Shown here one piece after another: positions 43,065 to 52,359 of a stretch of DNA of 64,000 bases; the stretch's first letter is position 1, and each line of letters starts with the position of its first letter. A model generated the notes under the pieces. That model was not told the origin of the DNA, did not search any database, and worked only from the letters and a program-made list of their open reading frames with translations. A program made the position numbers and the translations under genes. Source of the DNA: a virus; IMG/VR virus record IMGVR_UViG_3300023181_000003, positions 1 through 64,000 of that record; one strand, written 5' to 3'.

Positions 43065-43942
43065 GTAATGAAGATTGGAAAAATGAAGCTGTCACACTAT
43101 CGAAAGATGGGTTATCACAGAGAGCTATTAGTAAATTATTAGATGTTCCAAAGAGTACATTAGGAGACTATTTAAAAGTATTCTATTCAAAACCAAGTGT
43201 AGAGAACAAACCAACACAAATGTTCTCTGTCCGTAAGTCACGAGATATTTCAAATGATCGTGTGTTAGTTATTAGTGATTTACATATTCCTTACCATCAT
43301 CCTGATAGTTTTGAATTCCTAGAATCATTAAGAGTAAAGTATAAACCAACACGGGTTGTTTGTATGGGTGATGAGTTAGACCAACATGCTTTGAGCTACC
43401 ATGAACATGATCCAGACCTACCTAGTGCTGGAGATGAATTAGCTAGATCGCTTCCATTTATTAAACAACTACATGAAATCTTTCCTAAGATGGATGTGTT
43501 AGAATCTAATCATGGGAGTTTGATTTGGAGAAAGACAAAGACAGCAGGAATTCCTAAGCATTATATCAAGTCTTATAATGATGTGCTTAGTGTCGGTGAA
43601 GATTGGAAATGGTCATTTGATCTAACAATTACACTTCCTGATGAGTCTAAATGTTATTTCCATCACGGTAAGTCTAGTGATGTTTTGAAGTTAAGTCAAC
43701 AAATGGGAATGCATGCTATACAAGGCCATTATCACGAAAAGTTTAAGATTGATTATTGGGGTAATCCCACTGGTCTTTATTGGGCTATGCAAACAGGTTG
43801 TTTAATTTCTGATGAATCATATGCATTTAATTATAACAATGTCAATATCAAACGTCCTGTTATTGGTACAGGTGTTATCATTGATTCTCACCCTATTTTA
43901 GAACCCCTTATTATGGATGAGAATGGTAGATGGATACGATGA
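43061..43942 (+). CDS. calcineurin-like metallophosphoesterase with N-terminal HTH-like segment
   Basis: 293 aa; motifs SDLHIPYH, GDELD, SNHG, HHGK and GHYH in canonical order; N-terminus LSQRAISKLLDVPKSTLGDYLK. Confidence 0.8.
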   Translation: MSNEDWKNEAVTLSKDGLSQRAISKLLDVPKSTLGDYLKVFYSKPSVENKPTQMFSVRKSRDISNDRVLVISDLHIPYHHPDSFEFLESLRVKYKPTRVVCMGDELDQHALSYHEHDPDLPSAGDELARSLPFIKQLHEIFPKMDVLESNHGSLIWRKTKTAGIPKHYIKSYNDVLSVGEDWKWSFDLTITLPDESKCYFHHGKSSDVLKLSQQMGMHAIQGHYHEKFKIDYWGNPTGLYWAMQTGCLISDESYAFNYNNVNIKRPVIGTGVIIDSHPILEPLIMDENGRWIR

Positions 43943-44163
43943 AAGTTGAACAAGACAGTGAAAACTGTGATACAATATCACTTCACGATAAGCAGCTTAC
44001 AGACGTTCTAGTAGAATTGCTTGTAAGGCTCACTACGCCTCTTAACACTGATACTGAGGCCAGGGTAGTGACGTTTGAATTAGATGGCTTAAACGAGGTT
44101 CTAGATGCCTTGGTTAGCCTTTGTGAACAACGAATGGAGGTAGAAAATGAAAATGCTGAGTAG
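43939..44163 (+). CDS. acidic hypothetical protein
   Basis: ATGA overlap with the upstream stop; 74 aa. Confidence 0.55.
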   Translation: MKVEQDSENCDTISLHDKQLTDVLVELLVRLTTPLNTDTEARVVTFELDGLNEVLDALVSLCEQRMEVENENAE

Positions 44164-44551
44164 AATTAAAGTTGGCGATTATCTAGGGGCATTAGAGTAT
44201 AGAGATGATCTATATTGTCTAGACCGGATAAATCTTATCAAAGTTAAACAAATAGTCAAAACAGATACAGAAGTAGTGTATGTAGTTAGCGATAATACTG
44301 AAGGAAATTATACATCTTCTGGAGTATCCAATAGGGATTACGGTTCTAAGTTTGTAAAAGTTTCAGAAAACAGAGTAAAAGTTGGTGATAACGTTCGTGT
44401 TTATTTCAGAAGCGACACTTTAAACAATGCATCAAAGTTTCAATCTATTGTAGTTAAGGTTGAAGAGGTAAGTGTTTTTAACTTCAAAGTTGGTGAAGAT
44501 TGTGTTTTAAATTTCAATGATGAAGGTACTTCATGGGAGAAAGTAGAATGA
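44147..44551 (+). CDS. hypothetical protein (repeated KVGD motifs)
   Basis: ORF track, 134 aa. Confidence 0.6.
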   Translation: MKMLSRIKVGDYLGALEYRDDLYCLDRINLIKVKQIVKTDTEVVYVVSDNTEGNYTSSGVSNRDYGSKFVKVSENRVKVGDNVRVYFRSDTLNNASKFQSIVVKVEEVSVFNFKVGEDCVLNFNDEGTSWEKVE

Positions 44552-44709
44552 GACGTTATGCAATTAACATTGAAGTCGAGATTGAAGCTGAGGATGAAAC
44601 AGAGGCATTTGCTAAGATGCATAAACTAGATAATCAGCTTCTTGCTAATTTTGATATTGTAGATATGTGTATTGATCATCCTTTTGAAATTGCTAAAGAT
44701 GATGACTGA
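44548..44709 (+). CDS. acidic hypothetical protein (53 aa)
   Basis: Hand-translated MRRYAINIEVEIEAEDETEAFAKMHKLDNQ...; ATGA overlap. Confidence 0.4.
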   Translation: MRRYAINIEVEIEAEDETEAFAKMHKLDNQLLANFDIVDMCIDHPFEIAKDDD

Positions 44710-44878
44710 AACACCCTCAATGTCCATGATTGCATACAACATGCAAATTCATGGCTTTCACAATTGTAATATTCTAATGAATAAAGATAAAAATACATTC
44801 CAGCTTACAGATAATGAGGGAAATGTGTTACAATTGCAAGAGCGTAAGGATAAACCAATTATTTGTAGGAAGGATTGA
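44699..44878 (+). CDS. hypothetical protein
   Basis: Track ORF 44672..44878 trimmed to ATGATG at 44699. Confidence 0.5.
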   Translation: MMTETPSMSMIAYNMQIHGFHNCNILMNKDKNTFQLTDNEGNVLQLQERKDKPIICRKD

Positions 44879-44879
44879 T

Positions 44880-45140
44880 ATGTTGAAGAATAGTGTAGGA
44901 GATGTAACAAATTTTGTTAATATAGATCAAGGTACTTTTCAACCTATTATCAAAGATAAAGTTGTAGACGCGGTAAGAAAAGATTTACTTGATAGGTCAA
45001 ATGTTGGTATTATTAAATATAATACAACTTTGGATCAAAACAAAGGTGATCTACGTTACTGGTTAAATCACGCATATGAAGAATGTCTAGATCAGGCTAA
45101 TTATCTTAAACGTGCAATTATGGAGATTGATAATGACTGA
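44880..45140 (+). CDS. hypothetical protein
   Basis: Track ORF 44814..45140 trimmed to the ATG at 44880, right after the upstream stop. Confidence 0.55.
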   Translation: MLKNSVGDVTNFVNIDQGTFQPIIKDKVVDAVRKDLLDRSNVGIIKYNTTLDQNKGDLRYWLNHAYEECLDQANYLKRAIMEIDND

Positions 45141-45288
45141 AATTAAAACAATTGAAATTAGTATTGACGAATATGAGCGTCTAATGAATAGAGAAGAAAA
45201 GCTTTGTGCATTAGAAAATGGTGGAGTAGATAATTGGGAGTGGTATGATCAGGCAATGGAAGATTATTTTGGAGAAGATAATGAGTGA
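45133..45288 (+). CDS. hypothetical protein (51 aa)
   Basis: Hand-translated MTEIKTIEISIDEYERLMNREEKLCALENGGVDNWEWYDQAMEDYFGEDNE. Confidence 0.4.
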   Translation: MTEIKTIEISIDEYERLMNREEKLCALENGGVDNWEWYDQAMEDYFGEDNE

Positions 45289-45592
45289 AACAGTAGTACA
45301 AAAAGTATCAGTTAGAAAAGCAAATGCTAAAGAGATTACAAATGCATTGAATTTTTCAATTGGCCGTGATGATTACGACATTGAAGAGTATTTAAGTGAT
45401 AATTTTCTGATTGAAATTCATGGAAAGATTTTCAAATATTCACTATCAACTTTAGATTCATATGGATTCACTGAAGTCACAGAAGATTCAAATAAGAACC
45501 TGAGATTTATTACACAGTATTATAATGGTGGGTGTCATATCACTGAAATTATTGAAAATGAACTAAAAAAGGCTAATATTTATGACAAATAA
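45281..45592 (+). CDS. hypothetical protein
   Basis: Track ORF trimmed to the ATG at 45281 (ATGAGTGA overlap). Confidence 0.55.
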   Translation: MSETVVQKVSVRKANAKEITNALNFSIGRDDYDIEEYLSDNFLIEIHGKIFKYSLSTLDSYGFTEVTEDSNKNLRFITQYYNGGCHITEIIENELKKANIYDK

Positions 45593-45830
45593 AGTTTTAG
45601 TATTTTCAACTACATTCTGTGCTAATTGCCCAGGAACTAAGAAGAAACTCCATGATGCAGGGATTGAATTTGAGACTGTAGATGCTCTCAAGAATCCTCA
45701 AGGCGTAAAGGAATTCAATATTAAAGCAGTACCTACTGTGCTAGTTGTTGATGAGAATTGGGAGAATGTTGTTTATCAACAAACGGGTAGTGTTCAGGAT
45801 ATTGAGAAGATTAAGGAATTGCTTAAATGA
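45582..45830 (+). CDS. glutaredoxin/NrdH-like redoxin
   Basis: 82 aa; VLVFSTTFCANCPGTKKKL places CxxC at the end of beta-1, typical of the thioredoxin fold; next to RNR/ThyX genes. Confidence 0.7.
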   Translation: MTNKVLVFSTTFCANCPGTKKKLHDAGIEFETVDALKNPQGVKEFNIKAVPTVLVVDENWENVVYQQTGSVQDIEKIKELLK

Positions 45831-46816
45831 ACTATAAATCAGAAGTATTTGGTAAGGGGGGTATTATTGCTCGTGTAGTAGCTAAGAGTAAGTCTAGTGT
45901 TACTGGAAAAGTTATTACAACTTTCGAGATTGATTTTCCTCGGATGATATTGAGTGAACTAAATACGCACAGGATGTTAAGTAAAAATTCAGCATCCAGC
46001 CGAGCTATTCCAATTAAGAAGACTATTGAGCAAGTAAGGACCACTCCTGCAATGCCTGTTCATTGGGGTAAGAATCAAGCAGGTATGAAAGCTAAAGAAG
46101 AACTTTCAACAGAAGATTCTTTTTGGGCAAAAAGTGAATGGGAAGATGCTGCTCTTTCTGCTTCAAATTCATCAGAACGTATGGAAAGTTTAGGGCTACA
46201 TAAGCAAGTTGGTAATCGTATTCTAGAACCATTTGTTTTTATGAAAACTGTAATCACAGGTACAGAATGGAATAATTTCTTTTACTTACGTGATCATGAA
46301 GATGCAGACCCTACGATTGCTGAATTAGCTAAGTGTATGCGTGAAGCAAATGAACAATCTGATATAGTTGAGCTACGCCCTGGAGACTGGCATACGCCAT
46401 ATTATTTAGATGGGTTCTGGAAAGATAGTGGTTATGCTGGGCGAGATATGATGGCTGTTGATAACAAGCGTGATGGTGGATCAACATTAGCCAATGCTCT
46501 AGCGATTTCATCATCATGTTGTGCTCAAGTGTCTTTTAGACTATTAGACCCTTCATTAGAAAAAGCTGATAAGATTTATGAACGTTTAGTTGAGAGTAAA
46601 CCTGTACATGCTAGTCCTTTTGAGCATAGTGCTACTCCAATGGAAGATTTATATTTTGAAAATAAAGGTGTAGATTCTGTTAATGTCCCATTTGATCCAG
46701 ACTCTTGGCAAGAAGGAATTACACATGTGGATAAGAATGGTAAACTTTGGTCAGGTAATTTTGAAGGATGGATTCAACATAGGCAATTAATTCCTAACAA
46801 TGTAGTGTTAGGATAA
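45827..46816 (+). CDS. thyX: flavin-dependent thymidylate synthase ThyX-like
   Basis: 329 aa; THRMLSKNSASSRA matches the ThyX signature RHRxxSxxxxSxR except for the first residue. Confidence 0.7.
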   Translation: MNYKSEVFGKGGIIARVVAKSKSSVTGKVITTFEIDFPRMILSELNTHRMLSKNSASSRAIPIKKTIEQVRTTPAMPVHWGKNQAGMKAKEELSTEDSFWAKSEWEDAALSASNSSERMESLGLHKQVGNRILEPFVFMKTVITGTEWNNFFYLRDHEDADPTIAELAKCMREANEQSDIVELRPGDWHTPYYLDGFWKDSGYAGRDMMAVDNKRDGGSTLANALAISSSCCAQVSFRLLDPSLEKADKIYERLVESKPVHASPFEHSATPMEDLYFENKGVDSVNVPFDPDSWQEGITHVDKNGKLWSGNFEGWIQHRQLIPNNVVLG

Positions 46817-46826
46817 GGGAGAATAA

Positions 46827-47210
46827 ATGATTAAAGTATTGAGTATTTTTGATCTTATGGAAGTAGATGAGATTAAGAAATGTATTGTAAGTGGTGATAA
46901 AGAAAAGTTTAATGATTGTTTATATAGATTAGGTATTGATACATCTAAAGAAGTGACAGAGAAGAATTGTTATCATCGTGCATTATTGTTTGGTAATGAA
47001 GTTAAGTTAGGAATTCTTTATAGTGGCACAGAGAGGACTGATAGGGAATATTTACGTAATGGAAGTTCTTTAGAGAATAGGATTGAACAATTGGTAGGAG
47101 ATGATGAAGATATGGCTGATGAGATGAAGGCCATGTCATCCTACCCTCAGTTTTCTAATATGATCATTAGGCACAATGTTGGTGAATTGTTTGTGTTTGA
47201 TGAAGAATAA
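46827..47210 (+). CDS. hypothetical protein
   Basis: ORF track, 127 aa. Confidence 0.6.
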   Translation: MIKVLSIFDLMEVDEIKKCIVSGDKEKFNDCLYRLGIDTSKEVTEKNCYHRALLFGNEVKLGILYSGTERTDREYLRNGSSLENRIEQLVGDDEDMADEMKAMSSYPQFSNMIIRHNVGELFVFDEE

Positions 47211-47224
47211 ATAAAGGAGGTTTA

Positions 47225-48229
47225 GTGAGTAAAATTAAAACAAGAATTCAAACACCTACAGATAGTTATGTACGTTATTATCCTAAAATTGTAGAATTAG
47301 CTAATAAACAATTAGAAGATCAACTCTGGTTTAGCTCTGAAATGAAAGTTGAACTAGATAAGATGCAACTTAAATATGAACTGTCTCCTGAGCAACAACA
47401 CACGGTAAAGTTTCTACTAAATCTATTTGTTAAATATGAGTTAGAAGTTGGGAGTATGTGGGCTAAGATTGGTAAAATATTCCCAAGACCAGAGGTAAAA
47501 TTAGCTGCGTCAGTTGTTGAGATGGTCGAGCGTGCTGTACATGCTGAGTTTTATAATCAAATTAACATTCAACTAGGGTTAGACACAGATGATCATTATC
47601 TTGAGTTTATGAATGACCCTGTGCTTAAAGAGCGTGCAGAGTGGTTGGGTAAATTATTGAGTGATAAAGATGACGAGATTCTTTCTGTAATTATTTTTTC
47701 AATGACAGAGACAGCATTATTGTTTTCTCCTTTTTCAATGCTGAAAAGTTTCCAATCAAATGGTAATAATAAGATTCCTGTGACAGCACGAGGGACAAAT
47801 CAAAGCGCTGTTGATGAAGACTTGCACGGAATGATTAGTGCAGAAATTATTAACACTTACTATTCAGAATTAGGTACTACGCTTAAAGATGATAAAGTTA
47901 GATATAAAAAAGTTCGTGAAGCAGTACAGCAAGTTTATCTTCATGAGGAACGTATTGTAGATTTGGCTATTATTGGTGAGTCTTTAAATGGTGCTACGAA
48001 ACAAGAGTATAAAAACTTTGTAAAGCATCGGCTTAATATTTACCTAGAACGTCTAAACCTGCCTCATGAGTTTGAGGTTGGAGAGTGTTCAATCATTGAT
48101 TGGTTTGAAAAGAATACATACTCATATAAAGTAATTGATTTCTTTTCTACAGGTCAAGGTCAAGAATATGAGTTAGGTTGGAATAAACGCGGTTTTGGAA
48201 GTTCATGGAGAAAAAATAAGAATGATTGA
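47225..48229 (+). CDS. nrdB: ribonucleotide reductase small subunit
   Basis: 334 aa, GTG start after AAAGGAGG; ExxH-type di-iron motifs (MVERAVHAEF, VDEDLHGM); adjacent to nrdA. Confidence 0.75.
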   Translation: MSKIKTRIQTPTDSYVRYYPKIVELANKQLEDQLWFSSEMKVELDKMQLKYELSPEQQHTVKFLLNLFVKYELEVGSMWAKIGKIFPRPEVKLAASVVEMVERAVHAEFYNQINIQLGLDTDDHYLEFMNDPVLKERAEWLGKLLSDKDDEILSVIIFSMTETALLFSPFSMLKSFQSNGNNKIPVTARGTNQSAVDEDLHGMISAEIINTYYSELGTTLKDDKVRYKKVREAVQQVYLHEERIVDLAIIGESLNGATKQEYKNFVKHRLNIYLERLNLPHEFEVGECSIIDWFEKNTYSYKVIDFFSTGQGQEYELGWNKRGFGSSWRKNKND

Positions 48230-49952
48230 TTATTCAAAGCAAAATAAGAAGGCTATTAAAGACGGTGAAGCACCTGAATGGTTTACATCTGGTGGTTATC
48301 AGTTATTCATGGAGAAATATTCTTGGCAAAAGGAGAGTGTTAAATCACGTTTGAAAAGCGTAGCTAAGATGCTTGCTAGTCACGCCCCGGCTATCTATCC
48401 TGATTGGTGGGAGAACGATTCCTATACATCAGGTAAAACTTATGAAGAAGTATTCTTTAACACTACTTGGGATCAATTCATTAGTTATTCAACACCTCTT
48501 CTAGCTAATGGTGGTTTGCGGAAACGTGGGACAACAGTCTCTTGTGCTGGTGGTGTGTTAGAGAATAATCTTTATGATCGCTATAACTCTATGACTGAAG
48601 CTGCAATTCTTACAAAACACTCGCACGGAACAAGTTACTCGATTGATGCGTGGCCTAGTGAGGGTGCTCCATTAGCCCGGGGAGGTAAGAGTGGCGGTAT
48701 TATGCCTGTTATTCGAGATTTGATTAACACGATGGACGAAGTTGTACAAGGCTCTAGACGTGGTTCATTAGCTTACTCCCTTCGGCCACAACATGGAGAT
48801 TTTGAAGAAGTTCTAAAGAACCTTTATAAGAATCCAGAATCAAACAATGTAGGTTGGCTGATTGATGATGAATTTATTCGTGAATTGAATGAAGGTAATG
48901 AAGAGTTTATTGATAAGTTAGAGAAAACATTAGAAGTAAAATTACCGCGAGGTAGGGGGTATTACACTTTTATTGATAAAATGAATAGGCATTTAGCCGA
49001 AGCATTTAAACGTAAAGGTCTTAAAGTTCATGCTTCTAACCTTTGTCAAGAAACTTGCCTGCCTTCGAGTGAAGAATACACATTTAGTTGTGTTATTCTG
49101 AATTACAATCTTGAAGTATATGATAAGTGGCCTGTCCATCTTATCCATATTGGACAGATCATGAGTGATTGTAATATCAGTGAATATATTGAGACGATTA
49201 AAGGGCTTTCGCGTCAAGATCAAAAAGCAATGGAAAAGATTCTCAGGTTTACTGAACATTTCCGTAGTTTAGGTAGTGGTGTTCTAGGCTGGCATACTCT
49301 AATGCAGTTACGAAGTATTGTTGTGGGAAGCCTTGAGAGTATTATTCTAGATGATGAGATTTTCTCTCGCCTAGATAGAGATTCAAGAGAAACAACACAA
49401 TGGCTTGCAAATGTAATGGGAGAACCAGAAGGCTGTAAAGGTTTAGGTATTAGAAATGCAACACGTTTAATGATGCCTCCCACCAAGAGTACAGCCGAAC
49501 TAGCAGCGGGTGCAAGTGAAGGTATTGGTCTTGATATGTCAATGGTGTTTACAAAACAATCCGCTGGTGGTGAGTTTCACAGGATTAATAAAGTTCTTCT
49601 GAACATTATGAAAGAACGTGGAGTTTATAACAAAAAGACAATTAAACGTATTGCTGTAAACAGAACAATTGCAAAAGAAGATTGGTTATCTGAGCACGAG
49701 AAGAAAGTGTTTCGTTGTGCTTTTGAGATTCCAATGGAAGACTATTTACGTCTATGTTCATTGCGTCAGCAGTACATTGACCAACAACAGTCAATCAATT
49801 TATATTTTTCTTCTGCGGATACAGAAGAATATATTAGTGACATTCATAAGTTTGCTTTTAATGATCCTGGGATTCTAAGTCTATACTATATTTATAGTAT
49901 GAGGGGTAGTGGATTGGTTGAAAGGTCAACAGATTGTGAGGCGTGTCAGTGA
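48222..49952 (+). CDS. nrdA: ribonucleotide reductase large subunit (no ATP-cone)
   Basis: Start moved to the ATG at 48222. Active-site SNLCQE motif; C-terminal CEAC redox pair. Confidence 0.85.
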   Translation: MIDYSKQNKKAIKDGEAPEWFTSGGYQLFMEKYSWQKESVKSRLKSVAKMLASHAPAIYPDWWENDSYTSGKTYEEVFFNTTWDQFISYSTPLLANGGLRKRGTTVSCAGGVLENNLYDRYNSMTEAAILTKHSHGTSYSIDAWPSEGAPLARGGKSGGIMPVIRDLINTMDEVVQGSRRGSLAYSLRPQHGDFEEVLKNLYKNPESNNVGWLIDDEFIRELNEGNEEFIDKLEKTLEVKLPRGRGYYTFIDKMNRHLAEAFKRKGLKVHASNLCQETCLPSSEEYTFSCVILNYNLEVYDKWPVHLIHIGQIMSDCNISEYIETIKGLSRQDQKAMEKILRFTEHFRSLGSGVLGWHTLMQLRSIVVGSLESIILDDEIFSRLDRDSRETTQWLANVMGEPEGCKGLGIRNATRLMMPPTKSTAELAAGASEGIGLDMSMVFTKQSAGGEFHRINKVLLNIMKERGVYNKKTIKRIAVNRTIAKEDWLSEHEKKVFRCAFEIPMEDYLRLCSLRQQYIDQQQSINLYFSSADTEEYISDIHKFAFNDPGILSLYYIYSMRGSGLVERSTDCEACQ

Positions 49953-49959
49953 GGTACGT

Positions 49960-50862
49960 ATGCCGAGTGGAATAAAAGATACTCAAGATTTTATACAAAC
50001 ATCAAAACAAGTTCACGGGGATAGATATGATTATTCAAAAACTGAATATAATGGTATTAAGAATAAAGTAGTTATTACATGTGCTATTCACGGCGATTTC
50101 CGCCAGCCTGCACATTATCATTTAAAAGGAAAGAATTGTTTTCAATGTGCTGCTGATGACAGGGGTAAGAATAAAAGAAAGGGATTTGAGGCTTTTAAAC
50201 AAGAAGCAATAAAAATACATAATGGGATATATTCTTATAAAGAACAGGAGTACAAGGATAATAAAACCAGTATTATAGTTACTTGTTCTAAACATGGGGA
50301 TTGGACTACAACAGCTAATAATCATATTTCTAAAAAATCTGGTTGTCCTATTTGCCATTTTGAAAATGGTGCTTACAATTATAAACATAGATGTTATAAC
50401 CCAGAGTTTGCAAGTAAAGATGGTTGTTTATATTTGTTAAAACTTACAAAAGATGGTGAGTCTTTTGGCAAGGTTGGTGTTTCTATTAATTATAATCTAA
50501 GATTTAGAAATTTTATAAACAAAGGTTTTGAAGTACAAGAAATTGATGCATGGAAACTTACAGCAGGAGAAACATCTATACTGGAAGAAACTATTCTTGA
50601 TTACATATGGAAAGAGGGGTTAAGGTTTATGCCATCTTCTAAGTTTGACGGTTCAACGGAATGTTTCAATCTTGATTACGTAAATGAAATTATAGAAGTT
50701 TTTCATATAAATCATCCTAGGAAACGTTGCGAAGAAGAGACATATTGGTTAGACTCTGGTGAAATTATAGAGTATAATAACGACTATACAGAAGAGGAAG
50801 AAAGCCCCGATGTATATTACACATGGACAAGATCGTCCGATAAATTTAAACTTTCAAGATAA
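49960..50862 (+). CDS. free-standing homing-endonuclease-like protein (GIY-YIG/T5orf172-like C-terminus)
   Basis: Start moved to the ATG at 49960 (GAGG upstream). Two N-terminal repeats HGD.YDYS...C..HG...C..C; C-terminal CLYLLKL...FGKVGVS...RFRNF...GSTECF. Confidence 0.65.
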   Translation: MPSGIKDTQDFIQTSKQVHGDRYDYSKTEYNGIKNKVVITCAIHGDFRQPAHYHLKGKNCFQCAADDRGKNKRKGFEAFKQEAIKIHNGIYSYKEQEYKDNKTSIIVTCSKHGDWTTTANNHISKKSGCPICHFENGAYNYKHRCYNPEFASKDGCLYLLKLTKDGESFGKVGVSINYNLRFRNFINKGFEVQEIDAWKLTAGETSILEETILDYIWKEGLRFMPSSKFDGSTECFNLDYVNEIIEVFHINHPRKRCEEETYWLDSGEIIEYNNDYTEEEESPDVYYTWTRSSDKFKLSR

Positions 50863-50873
50863 AAGGAAATAAA

Positions 50874-51893
50874 ATGGCATTTGGTGTTGTTAAACAAAAC
50901 GTTAGTGATAGTAGTAATAAAAAAGAAATTGATTATGAGGCTTATAACAAATATATGGTTGAGGCAGTAGGCGTACCTGACCGTGAATCTCTTCAGGGTG
51001 TTATCAGCGTGATCGCAGATTTAGGACTTCAAGAACAAGAAGATTCAGAAGTTGTATTTACTGGTGATGAAGACGATGAGATTGAGGCTATTAAGGCTAA
51101 ACCTTTAACCTATTTCAAAGACGGTAAAGACCCTAAGACTGGTAAAACTGTTCGCCTAAAGTGCTGGCCTAACGCCGTTGCACAGGCAGCGGCAATTGCC
51201 GTGGATTTTCCGCAAATCATTGTCGATAAGGGCATCTGGTTTGGAGACTCTTCTTCACCATTGCCATTACGCATTTGGCTCGGTGGGAAGTTCTATACAC
51301 AAGAGCACGGCATGGTTTTACAACGGATGACAAATTTGCGTGTGAACGAGAAACTAAAGGATGGTTGGAGTTTAAACCAGAAAAACCTGTTCTACAAACT
51401 AGCCACAGCATCTAAATTAATTTCTGCTGGTCAACCATTCCTGCCTGAGCGTATTGATGAATTGCTTGGAAAACAATTTAACTTTACAACCTCTGTCTCT
51501 CTGAAGCCATCAGCAGATGGTAAGAAGAATTATCTTCAAGAATATTGCGTGTTTGCTGGCGCAATTGCTCGCGGGCAACAACAACTTGAAACTGATGTAA
51601 AACCTGCACTAATTCAATTTGATGTTGAAAATGATCCAGATGATGTACGTATCATTCCGGCGCATGTAGTCGCAACAATGCGTAGAGCAAGTAATTTTAC
51701 TGGTAGTACTTTAGAGAAACAGTTGGTAGAGGTTAAGGGTGCATTTAAAGAACGTGAAAACGTTTCTTCTGATGAGCCTCCAGTAGAGGAAAAGGCACCT
51801 GCTGCTAAACCTACGAAGCCAAAGGTGACAAAACCTGCTAAAGCTGAAGAGTCTAATCCATTTGACGACATGGACGGGGATATTCCTTTCTGA
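50874..51893 (+). CDS. single-stranded DNA-binding protein candidate
   Basis: 339 aa; Pro/Lys/Ala-rich linker then C-terminal FDDMDGDIPF, the acidic SSB-tip motif (compare E. coli SSB ..DDDIPF). Confidence 0.6.
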   Translation: MAFGVVKQNVSDSSNKKEIDYEAYNKYMVEAVGVPDRESLQGVISVIADLGLQEQEDSEVVFTGDEDDEIEAIKAKPLTYFKDGKDPKTGKTVRLKCWPNAVAQAAAIAVDFPQIIVDKGIWFGDSSSPLPLRIWLGGKFYTQEHGMVLQRMTNLRVNEKLKDGWSLNQKNLFYKLATASKLISAGQPFLPERIDELLGKQFNFTTSVSLKPSADGKKNYLQEYCVFAGAIARGQQQLETDVKPALIQFDVENDPDDVRIIPAHVVATMRRASNFTGSTLEKQLVEVKGAFKERENVSSDEPPVEEKAPAAKPTKPKVTKPAKAEESNPFDDMDGDIPF

Positions 51894-51951
51894 TGGTAAA
51901 CCCTACCCTATTAATTTAGGGTAGTCTTAAATGTAAAGTAAAGGAGAATTT

Positions 51952-52359
51952 ATGAGTAAATTTAAAGTAGGTGACAAGGTAGTAGTTGCTAAAGAATTGA
52001 ATAGAGAAAGATATATTAATTCGGTCCTTGGTTGGGATGAAAATATGGACGAGGTTACTGGCAAACAGGGTGTAGTTCACGAACATTATTTTTATGATGG
52101 TAGTCCACTCGTGCAGTTTGAATATGGCATGTATTATTTATTTGAAGATGATATGAAGTTAGTTAAACAAGTAAAGGAAAAGAAAGTTATGAAAAAAGAA
52201 AAAGTTATTGAGCGTTTTTATGTAGTTCAACGTGGTGATGAAGTTGTAGATCATGCAGACACCCGTGCACAAGCGCGTAGAACACAACAAGCGTGTGGTG
52301 GTGCTTCCAATGGCGTTAAAATCTTCCAGCGTGTGACCATTCAGAAAGAAGTGCGTTGA
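51952..52359 (+). CDS. hypothetical protein (MSKFKVGDKV family)
   Basis: ORF track, 135 aa. Confidence 0.6.
   Translation: MSKFKVGDKVVVAKELNRERYINSVLGWDENMDEVTGKQGVVHEHYFYDGSPLVQFEYGMYYLFEDDMKLVKQVKEKKVMKKEKVIERFYVVQRGDEVVDHADTRAQARRTQQACGGASNGVKIFQRVTIQKEVR

Noticed and set aside
51903-51924. Hairpin CTACCCTA/TAGGGTAG after the SSB-like gene as a terminator
   Set aside because: There is no T-tract after the stem, so it may only be a stabilising 3' hairpin.
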